Positions 10,484 through 18,147 of a stretch of 64,000 nt of DNA are shown here, piece by piece. This stretch comes from an uncultured Clostridia bacterium (GTDB lineage: Bacteria > Bacillota > Clostridia > TANB77 > CAG-508): contig CANRHQ010000003.1 in NCBI GenBank assembly GCA_947630445.1, positions 11,733 through 75,732 of the forward strand, read 5' to 3'. The position numbers and the translations under genes were made by a program. The notes under the pieces were generated by a model. That model was given only the letters and a program-made list of their open reading frames with translations. It was not told the origin of the DNA and ran no database searches. Numbering within the stretch: the stretch's first letter is position 1; every line of letters starts with the position of its first letter.

Positions 10484-11820
10484 TTATATTCTCCTTTTTT
10501 ATTATCTTTTTTAAAATTAATTTCCTTTAATAGTAATTTATAATTTAAGCAATCTATAATTATATAAAAAAGTGCTATTATTGTTATAATTTGTTCTCTA
10601 AATGTAAAAAAAGAATGATAATATGAATGACTCACAAGTATTAAATATCTCATATATGGCATAACTGATATAAAAAGCAATATTAAAGAAAACCATTTTT
10701 TTCTTATGTTTTTCCAGTCAATACTTATTATTAAAACAAATATACTTATTAATACAATTTTTAATATATCTGATTTTCTCTTTATAATATTTATTGGATA
10801 TAAATTATGAAAATTCTCATACAATGATCCTATATATAATTCTTTTGTACTTATATATCCTTTTTTTCCATTAATTCTAAATAACAAGTTATCTTTTACA
10901 TAATCTAGTGCATTTATATTTAATATAATTGATGCTAAAAGCCATTTTGTTAGCCACATTGCAACATACGCTATTCCCCATATTACACAACTTTTTATTA
11001 GAAATATAATTTCTTCTTTTATTGTCTTTATTCTTCCTTCTTCTTTTCTAACTAATAATACTAACAACATTGGTACTAAAAATGTTATTAATTCCGTTGT
11101 TAAAAAATCAAAGAAACATGTTAATATTCCTGTAATAAAAAATAGTTTGTATAATAATTGATTTCCCTTTTTTTCTATTTGTATTGCAATTATACTTACA
11201 ATTAACATTATATAAAATGTCCATGAATATTCTAAACAATATGGTACAATTGGAAATGCAATTAATATCATAGAAATAATATATATTATTGCTATTTTTT
11301 TACTTTTTCTTAATAATATAAAGAAAAGTAATATAGCAAGCATCCATAATAAAATTTTATTTAAAAGGTATATTTCTTCTATATTAAAAATTGTTAAAAG
11401 TGGTCTTAAAATTACAATACTTCCATGCCAATATCTTATATATTGTTGATTTGGCTCTTTTTCTTCTTTTATTGATTTTATAAAATCATAGTTTACATCT
11501 GCATAGGATTTTTGATAATATTTATCTACCATTACTGATTCAAGTGGTTTACTTGAATCAATATTATTTATTATATTTAGAATTATTGTGTCTGCATAAT
11601 AATGTACAAATGTATATTCTCTTCTTTTTAAAATCTCTTCCATTCCAGATCTTTTTTCAAAAAATGGTACAGACTCTTTTAAGTTTTCTTGTATAGCACT
11701 TTTGGGAATTAATGATGTAATAATTAATAAAAATAATACTACTAAAACTGTAAATACAAAGTACATTATATATTTTATTATTTCTACTAATGTATTTTTT
11801 ATTTTAATAGCATTGAACAT
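10480..11820 (-). CDS. Polytopic membrane protein (about 10 or more TM helices); possible GT-C-type glycosyltransferase, by context only
   Basis: 446 aa and highly hydrophobic. AAAGGAG RBS. Translationally coupled to the GT2 gene. The function is inferred, not recognised. Confidence 0.7.
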   Translation of the reverse strand: MFNAIKIKNTLVEIIKYIMYFVFTVLVVLFLLIITSLIPKSAIQENLKESVPFFEKRSGMEEILKRREYTFVHYYADTIILNIINNIDSSKPLESVMVDKYYQKSYADVNYDFIKSIKEEKEPNQQYIRYWHGSIVILRPLLTIFNIEEIYLLNKILLWMLAILLFFILLRKSKKIAIIYIISMILIAFPIVPYCLEYSWTFYIMLIVSIIAIQIEKKGNQLLYKLFFITGILTCFFDFLTTELITFLVPMLLVLLVRKEEGRIKTIKEEIIFLIKSCVIWGIAYVAMWLTKWLLASIILNINALDYVKDNLLFRINGKKGYISTKELYIGSLYENFHNLYPINIIKRKSDILKIVLISIFVLIISIDWKNIRKKWFSLILLFISVMPYMRYLILVSHSYYHSFFTFREQIITIIALFYIIIDCLNYKLLLKEINFKKDNKKGEYK

Positions 11821-11873
11821 ATCAAAAATTTCTCCTTTTCTTTATTTTTATTTTAATATTATTTTACAAATTT

Positions 11874-11902
11874 ATTCTAACAATAAAGTATACTATTTGC
11901 AA
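11874..11902 (-). promoter_or_regulatory. Fixed-orientation promoter of the membrane-protein/GT2 operon, paralogous to the promoters inside the three invertible cassettes
   Basis: The minus strand reads ATAAAGTA-TTGCAA-ATAGTATACTTTATTGT-TAGAAT (17-nt spacer with an extended TG). The cassettes carry ATAAAGTA-TTGCAA-TTAGTATATTTTATTGT-TAAAAT. Confidence 0.65.
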
Positions 11903-11922
11903 TACTTTATAAGGAAAATCTT

Positions 11923-12006
11923 TTATGATGTAATAATTAATGAAAATAGTACTATTAAAATTGTAATACAAAATACTTTGCATTTCATTTTAATAGTACT
12001 AAACAT
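11923..12006 (-). repeat. Remnant copy 1 of the 5' end of the 446-aa membrane-protein gene (with RBS remnant)
   Basis: The minus strand reads ATG TTT AGT ACT ATT AAA ATG AAA ... = MFSTIKMKCKVFCITILIVLFSLIITS*. This is homologous to MFNAIKIKNTLVEIIKYIMYFVFTVLVVLFLLIITS of the real gene at 11820. The plus-strand ORF 11702..12010 in the track is its antisense shadow. Confidence 0.75.
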
Positions 12007-12038
12007 ATAAAAAATTCTTCTTTTATTTGTTTTTGCAA

Positions 12039-13190
12039 TTATTCTTCTAATGTTATATTTGAGTCTTCAGAACGAGTTTCATATATTTCTCTTAATTTAG
12101 GACAAGTTCCTTTTAATACTAAATTAGCATCTGGATTAGTAGAAGCATTTTGCAAGCAATCATAATAGTATATACAATCAGATGAATTAATAATTAATTC
12201 TCCAGTAAGACAATAACATTCACAGAAACACATACGCAAATCATCAACAAGCATTGGAATCGTCGGAGCAGTAGTTAATGAAACACAACCGTTAAAAGTA
12301 GAGGTCATCGAAGTAACCGTAGATGGAATCTCAGGTGCAATAACTAAATCTTCACAATTCAAAAATGTGCTACTCATGTTAATAACTTCATACCATTCAT
12401 CCTCTCCATCTACCTTTATATACTGAGGAACTTTTCCTTGTATCTTCCCTTCAACAATATTTGAATTATCATATCCTGGAGACGCACTACAACCAGACAC
12501 CTCATTTAAAGCAAATCCCTTAACAGTACCATCAAACATCAGAATCTTTCGATACCTCCAAAGATCTAAATTAACTGAATTTCCATCTGTTCCTATTCCA
12601 ATATCTCCATTTTCTGGACTTTGACTTGGATGTTTTTTTGCATTTTCTTTAGCTGCCTCCCAGTCTATTTCTGTTGTTGAATCTGATATACTAGTTATAT
12701 ATCCTATTTCTTCCATATTCTCTTTTTTATCATAATATACTAATATATATTCTTCTGTAATTCTTTCACTTGAAAGTTTTACATTTTCTATACTTGCTAC
12801 TTTTGATAATTTATCACTTTCTTCTAACTTATATACATCCTTTGTTCCAGTTCCGTTTCCATATGCTATTGTTTTTCCTAGTAAATTATATATATTTACT
12901 GTATAATCATCATTTACAAATCCTTTTCTTTGTAAATATTCCATTAAATGTTCATTTAAACCTATTGCCTCTTTTTCTACCATATAATTTTGTACTTCTA
13001 TTTGTAATCCTTCATATACTTCTGCATGTGCATTTTTTGTTTTTGCTTCTTTTGAATTTGTTATTATTCCACTATCTCCTGCTAACATTGCAATTGATGT
13101 TCCTGCTAATATTAGCAATACTACAATAGTAACTACTAATGCTATTAGCGTTATACCATTTTGTTTTTCTCTTGTTTCTTTCTCTTTCAT
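12039..13190 (-). CDS. Pilin-like-N-terminus surface/secreted protein with BspA-type leucine-rich repeats (paralog A)
   Basis: 383 aa. N-terminus MKEKETREKQNG-ITLIALVVTIVVLLILAG has a short charged leader ending in G followed by a hydrophobic helix, which is prepilin-like but lacks Glu at +5. C-terminal repeats follow the pattern STF.nC..L..AP.IP..V..M.STFNGC.SLTTAP.IP. AAAGGAGGAACC RBS. Confidence 0.85.
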   Translation of the reverse strand: MKEKETREKQNGITLIALVVTIVVLLILAGTSIAMLAGDSGIITNSKEAKTKNAHAEVYEGLQIEVQNYMVEKEAIGLNEHLMEYLQRKGFVNDDYTVNIYNLLGKTIAYGNGTGTKDVYKLEESDKLSKVASIENVKLSSERITEEYILVYYDKKENMEEIGYITSISDSTTEIDWEAAKENAKKHPSQSPENGDIGIGTDGNSVNLDLWRYRKILMFDGTVKGFALNEVSGCSASPGYDNSNIVEGKIQGKVPQYIKVDGEDEWYEVINMSSTFLNCEDLVIAPEIPSTVTSMTSTFNGCVSLTTAPTIPMLVDDLRMCFCECYCLTGELIINSSDCIYYYDCLQNASTNPDANLVLKGTCPKLREIYETRSEDSNITLEE

Positions 13191-13214
13191 TGGTTCCTCC
13201 TTTATTTGTTTTTT

Positions 13215-13411
13215 CTTAATCTCTATAATTAAAGAAAAATAAAAAAGATGTAAATAACTAAAAATATGTATATTTACATCTTTTCTTGATTTTTAATTTT
13301 CATAATTTTATAAAAATATTTCTAAAAAAATTTTTTTCATAAAGTATTGCAATTAGTATATTTTATTGTTAAAATTATTTTATGAATAAATCTTTAATTA
13401 TAGAGATTAAG
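13215..13411. promoter_or_regulatory. Candidate invertible promoter cassette (inverton) A
   Basis: Perfect 21-bp inverted repeat: CTTAATCTCTATAATTAAAGA at 13215..13235 and its reverse complement at 13391..13411. The 155-bp interior holds a hairpin (13243..13256 / 13271..13284, AAAAGATGTAAATA / TATTTACATCTTTT). It also holds a plus-strand promoter: TTGCAA 13347..13352, 17-nt spacer ending TGT, TAAAAT 13370..13375. The promoter points away from gene A. Confidence 0.7.
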
Positions 13412-13515
13412 GATTTTTTTGTTCTGTAAAATAATAATGTATTTATTTTTATATTCATTTTTTATAATGATATATTTCCTTTTAAATTTTCTTCTATCAT
13501 ACTTTTGCGAATCAA

Positions 13516-13596
13516 TTATGTAATAATTAATAAAAATAGTACTATTAAAATTATAATACAAAATACTTTGCATTTCATTTTAATAGTACTAAAAAT
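13516..13596 (-). repeat. Remnant copy 2 of the 5' end of the membrane-protein gene (start codon mutated to ATT)
   Basis: Near-identical to remnant copy 1: ...AGTACTATTAAAATGAAATGCAAAGTATTTTGTATTATAATTTTAATAGTACTATTTTTATTAATTATTACATAA on the minus strand. Track ORF 13505..13750 is its antisense shadow. Confidence 0.7.
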
Positions 13597-13620
13597 ATTA
13601 AAATTTTTCCTTTTTTTCTA

Positions 13621-14766
13621 TTATTCCTCTAATGTTATATGTGATTCCTCAGAACGAGTTTCATATATATCTTCTAAATTAGGACAAGTTCCTTTCAATA
13701 CTAAATTAGCATCTGGATTAGTAGAAGCATTTCGCAAGCAGCCATCATAACCATACCAACCATCAAGCAACTCAGCCGAATTAATAATTAATTCTCCAGT
13801 AAGATTACTGCATCCATAAAAGCAATAACTCAAATCTCTAACTTGTGTTGGAATCATTGGTGCAGTAGTTAAACTTTTACAGTCATTAAAAGTCGAAGAC
13901 ATGTAAGTAACTGTATCAGGAATATCAGGTGCAATAACTAAATTAGAACAACTATAAAAAGTCGCAAGCATATAAGTAACAACACGCCATTGGTCTTCCC
14001 CAGCTACTTTTATATATTGAGGAACTTTTCCTTGTATTTTCCCATCAACAATATCAGAATTCTGATATGCTGGTTCTGAAAAGCTACCCATACTCGCACA
14101 CAACACAATTGAATTGTCTCCTTCCTTTTGATACTTCCAAAGATCCATATTAACTGGATTTCCATCTGTTCCTATTCCAATATCTCCATTTTCTGAACTT
14201 TGGCTTGGATGTTTTTTTGCATTTTCTATAGCCTTTTCCCAGTCTATTTCTGTTGAATCTGATATACTAGTTATATATCCTATTTCTTCCATATTCTCTT
14301 TTTTATCATAATATACTAATATATATTCTTCTGTAATTCTTTCACTTGAAAGTTTTACATTTTCTATACTTGCTACTTTTGATAATTTATCACTTTCTTC
14401 TAACTTATATACATCCTTTGTTCCACTTCCATTTCCGTATTCTATTGTTTTTCCTAATAAATTATATATATTTACTGTATAATCATCATTTATGAATCCT
14501 TTTCTTTGTAAATATTCCATTAAATGCTCATTTAAACCTCTTGTCTCTTTTTCTACCATATAATTCTGTGTTTCTATCTGTAATACCTCATACACTTCTG
14601 CGTGTGCATTTTTTGTTTTTGCCTCTTTTGAATTTGTTATTATTCCATTATCTCCTGATAACATTGCAATTGATGTTCCCGCTAATATTAATAATACTAC
14701 AATCGTTACTACTAATGCTATTAGCGTTATACCTTTTTGTTTTTCTCTTGTTTTTTCCTCTTTCAT
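13621..14766 (-). CDS. Pilin-like-N-terminus surface/secreted protein with BspA-type leucine-rich repeats (paralog B)
   Basis: 381 aa. The first ~205 aa and the last ~30 aa are nearly identical to paralog A. The central LRR-bearing part has diverged. Same RBS and leader. Confidence 0.85.
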   Translation of the reverse strand: MKEEKTREKQKGITLIALVVTIVVLLILAGTSIAMLSGDNGIITNSKEAKTKNAHAEVYEVLQIETQNYMVEKETRGLNEHLMEYLQRKGFINDDYTVNIYNLLGKTIEYGNGSGTKDVYKLEESDKLSKVASIENVKLSSERITEEYILVYYDKKENMEEIGYITSISDSTEIDWEKAIENAKKHPSQSSENGDIGIGTDGNPVNMDLWKYQKEGDNSIVLCASMGSFSEPAYQNSDIVDGKIQGKVPQYIKVAGEDQWRVVTYMLATFYSCSNLVIAPDIPDTVTYMSSTFNDCKSLTTAPMIPTQVRDLSYCFYGCSNLTGELIINSAELLDGWYGYDGCLRNASTNPDANLVLKGTCPNLEDIYETRSEESHITLEE

Positions 14767-14790
14767 TGGTTCCTCCTTTATTTGTTTTTT

Positions 14791-14984
14791 CTTAATCTTT
14801 GTAATTAAAGAAAAATAAAAAGATGTAAATAACTTAAATATGTATATTTACATCTTTTTTGATTTTTAATTTTCATAAATTTATAAAAATATTTGTAAAA
14901 AATTTTTCCTCATAAAGTATTGCAATTAGTATATTTTATTGTTAAAATTATTTCATAGAATAATCTTTAATTACAAAGATTAAG
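14791..14984. promoter_or_regulatory. Candidate invertible promoter cassette (inverton) B
   Basis: Perfect 21-bp inverted repeat: CTTAATCTTTGTAATTAAAGA at 14791..14811 and its reverse complement at 14964..14984. Hairpin at 14818..14831 / 14845..14858. Plus-strand promoter: TTGCAA 14920..14925, 17-nt spacer, TAAAAT 14943..14948, pointing away from gene B. Confidence 0.7.
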
Positions 14985-15014
14985 GATTTTTTTCATTTAT
15001 TTTTTATATTAATA

Positions 15015-17762
15015 TTATTCATCTTTAGCAGTATTTAGTTTTAATAATTTTAATATCTCGACTATTACAATTGGTGCTAATATTAGCAATATAATTTCTA
15101 AAATATTTCCCATTGGCAAAACTGGTATACTAAATATATGTCTTAATGCAGGAACAAATAAAATTACACCCATTAGTATAGCTGATACTAATACTGCAAG
15201 AATTAATACGCCGTTTCCCAATATTCCTGTTTTAAATATTGACTTTTTATTATCTCGTATATTAAATACATGAACTAATTCAGAAAAAGCTAATACTGTA
15301 AATGCCATTGTTTGACCAACTTCAACTTTTAATTGTTCAGTTGTTAGTTGTGCCAAATCAGAATTATTAGCTTTTAATAAATCTATTGCATCATTTGGTA
15401 TTGCAAGACCTATTAAAAATGCTATAAGTGTAAGTAAACCTATCATTATACCTTGATATATAATTCTAAATGTTCTTCCTTTTGTAAATATCCCTTCATT
15501 TTTCTTTATAGGTTTTCTATTCATTATATCTTTATTTGCTGGATCAAATGCTAATGCTAATGCTGGGAATGTATCTGTTACTAAATTTATCCATAAAATA
15601 TGAATTGGTAGTAATACTTGTAGCATTGCTACATCTGATATTCCAAAGCATTTTGCAATTATAGGTGCAAATAATGTTGCTAATAATAAAACTACTACTT
15701 CTCCAACATTACAAGAAATTAAAAATTGTATTACTTTTAATATGTTGTCATATATTCTTCTTCCTTCTTCTACTGCTGATACTATTGTTGCAAAGTTATC
15801 ATCTGTTAATATTACATCTGCTGCTTCTTTTGCAACTTCTGTACCAACTTTTCCCATTGCACATCCTATATCAGAAGTTTTTAATGCTGGACTATCATTT
15901 ACTCCATCACCTGTCATTGCAACAATTTCTCCATTTGCTTGCCATGCTTTTACTATACGCACTTTATGTTCAGGTGATACTCTTGCATATACTGAATATT
16001 TTCTTATATCTCTCTTTAATTCCTCATCAGAAATTTTTTCTAATTCTGCTCCAGTTAAAGCCTCACTATCATTTTCTAATATTCCTAACTTCTTTGCTAT
16101 TGCTACTGCTGTAACTTTGTGATCTCCTGTAATCATTACGGTTTTTATTCCTGCTGTTTTACATTTTTCTACTGCTTTTTTAGCTTCTTCTCTTGGAGGA
16201 TCTATCATTCCAACCATTCCAATAAATGTTAAATCTGTTTCAATTGTTTTCATTTCTTGTTTAGTTGGCATATGGTCAATCTCTTTATATGCAAATGCTA
16301 ATACTCTTAATGCTTCTTTTGCCATGTTTTCATTGTTTTCTCTTATTATTTTAGCATATTCATTTAAGTCTTTTTTTACTTCACCATTATATAAATATGA
16401 ATTACATATTCTTAATAATTCATCTACTCCACCTTTTGTATATACTATATATTTTCCATTATTCTCATTAACTGTTGTCATCAATTTTCTTTCAGAATCA
16501 AATGGTACTTCTTCTACTCTTTTATTCTCCTCATATATTTCTTGCTTATATTTCAATTTTAATGCCATATCTACTAATGCTGTTTCTGTTGGGTCTCCTA
16601 CTAATTCTCCATTTTCTAGTAATCTTGTGTCATTACATAACATACAATTATATATCATTTTATCAAATTCTTCTGTTTTTTCTGTCTTGCTTACATCTGT
16701 TGTTTTATTATTGCAAAATATTTTTTCTACTGTCATTTTATTTTGAGTTAATGTTCCTGTTTTATCTGAACATATTACAGTACTACTACCTAAAGTTTCT
16801 ACAGCTGGTAATTTTTTTACAATAGCATTTTTCTTAACCATTTTTTGGACTCCTATAGCTAATACTATTGTTGATACTGCTACTAATCCCTCTGGTATTA
16901 CTGCTACTGCTAAAGATACTGCTGTCATAAACATATCTATTATACCTTTACCTTGTAGCAATCCTATTATAAATATTATTGCACATATTGTTAATGCTGC
17001 AATTCCTAAAGTTTTTCCTAAACTATTTAACCTTTGTTGAAGTGGAGTTTCTTGTTTTTCTGTTTCATTTAACATTCCTGCTATTTTTCCAACTTCTGTA
17101 TTCATTCCTGTTTCAACAACTATTGCCTTTCCTCTACCATATGTAATAAGACTTGATGAAAATAGCATATTGATTCTATCACCAACTCCTACTTCTTTGG
17201 CATTTAATTCTTGTGTTTCTTTTTCTACAGGTACTGATTCTCCAGTTAATGAAGATTCTTGTGCTTTTAAATTTATTGCTTCTATGATTCTTAAATCTGC
17301 TGATACATAATCTCCTGTTTCTATTATAACTAAATCTCCTGGCACTAATTCTCTAGCTGGTATAACTTGTTCTTTTCCATCCCTAATTACTTTTGCAGCA
17401 TGTTCACTCAATTTTTTTAATGCTTCTAATGATTTTTCTGCTTTACTTTCTTGTATAACTCCAATTATTGCATTTAAAAGTACTACTATTAGAATTATTA
17501 CTGTATCTGTTATTCCTTCTCCTTCTGCTACTCCTACTATTCCAGATACTATTGCTGCTATTATTAAAACAATTATTGAAAAATCTTTAAATTGTGCAAT
17601 AAATTTTTGAAATAATGTTTCTTTCTTTTTTTCCTTTAATTCATTTAATCCATATTGTATTTTATTTTCTTCTACCTTATTGCTTTCTAATCCTCTACTT
17701 AAATTTGTAGATAATTCTTGTTCAACTTCCTTAATAGTTTTATTAAACCATTGTTTTTCCAT
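15015..17762 (-). CDS. P-type Ca2+-transporting ATPase (PMCA/SERCA-like, P2 type)
   Basis: 915 aa. Motifs CSDKTGTLTQNKM (phosphorylation site), TGES, MITGDH, TGDGVNDSPALK, and ten TM helices. Confidence 0.9.
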   Translation of the reverse strand: MEKQWFNKTIKEVEQELSTNLSRGLESNKVEENKIQYGLNELKEKKKETLFQKFIAQFKDFSIIVLIIAAIVSGIVGVAEGEGITDTVIILIVVLLNAIIGVIQESKAEKSLEALKKLSEHAAKVIRDGKEQVIPARELVPGDLVIIETGDYVSADLRIIEAINLKAQESSLTGESVPVEKETQELNAKEVGVGDRINMLFSSSLITYGRGKAIVVETGMNTEVGKIAGMLNETEKQETPLQQRLNSLGKTLGIAALTICAIIFIIGLLQGKGIIDMFMTAVSLAVAVIPEGLVAVSTIVLAIGVQKMVKKNAIVKKLPAVETLGSSTVICSDKTGTLTQNKMTVEKIFCNNKTTDVSKTEKTEEFDKMIYNCMLCNDTRLLENGELVGDPTETALVDMALKLKYKQEIYEENKRVEEVPFDSERKLMTTVNENNGKYIVYTKGGVDELLRICNSYLYNGEVKKDLNEYAKIIRENNENMAKEALRVLAFAYKEIDHMPTKQEMKTIETDLTFIGMVGMIDPPREEAKKAVEKCKTAGIKTVMITGDHKVTAVAIAKKLGILENDSEALTGAELEKISDEELKRDIRKYSVYARVSPEHKVRIVKAWQANGEIVAMTGDGVNDSPALKTSDIGCAMGKVGTEVAKEAADVILTDDNFATIVSAVEEGRRIYDNILKVIQFLISCNVGEVVVLLLATLFAPIIAKCFGISDVAMLQVLLPIHILWINLVTDTFPALALAFDPANKDIMNRKPIKKNEGIFTKGRTFRIIYQGIMIGLLTLIAFLIGLAIPNDAIDLLKANNSDLAQLTTEQLKVEVGQTMAFTVLAFSELVHVFNIRDNKKSIFKTGILGNGVLILAVLVSAILMGVILFVPALRHIFSIPVLPMGNILEIILLILAPIVIVEILKLLKLNTAKDE

Positions 17763-17971
17763 AAATTTTTTCCTTTCTTAAAATTTATTTTAACCATTTC
17801 ATTATAGTTTATTATAAGTAAACCTAAATGAGACCTTTAAAGAAAAAATATATACAATTATAATATTCTTTCTTTAAAAGTCTCGTTTACTTGTATTAAG
17901 TTTGTTAACCAGATATTTAATATCGCGATTGTTGGCTAACAATTTAAAACTACTCCCTTTTAAGTTATTTT

Positions 17972-18046
17972 TGGTAGCCCGTACGGGAATCGAACCCATG
18001 ATTCCACCTTGAGAGGGTGGCGTCTTAGCCGCTTGACCAACGGGCC
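17972..18046 (-). tRNA. tRNA-Glu (anticodon CTC as read)
   Basis: The minus strand reads GGCCCGTTGGTCAAGCGGCTAAGACGCCACCCTCTCAAGGTGGAATCATGGGTTCGATTCCCGTACGGGCTACCA. Anticodon stem CCACC/GGTGG, loop CT-CTC-AA. The backbone resembles Bacillus tRNA-Glu. Confidence 0.85.
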
Positions 18047-18147
18047 AAATAAATTTACTTTATAGTTATACCATATATTCGTTTTCTAGTCAATTATTTT
18101 ATTTAAAAAAATAAGATATAAATTTTAAAAAAGAATAGCATTAAAAG

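Noticed and set aside
11702-12010. Track ORFs 11702..12010 and 13505..13750 look like paralogous small proteins (..VIINKN.T.K...).
   Set aside because: Their similarity arises because both are antisense translations of repeated copies of the membrane-protein gene's 5' end. They are recorded as repeats, not genes.
13215-13411. Interpretation of the ~200-bp cassettes as MITE-like transposable elements with terminal inverted repeats.
   Set aside because: The sequence flanking the cassettes on both sides is also conserved between copies: RBS and gene on one side, GATTTTTTT on the other. The copies therefore spread by segmental duplication rather than transposition. Target-site duplications cannot be distinguished from T-runs. 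Concerted change of both arms is not expected for transposase-recognised termini.
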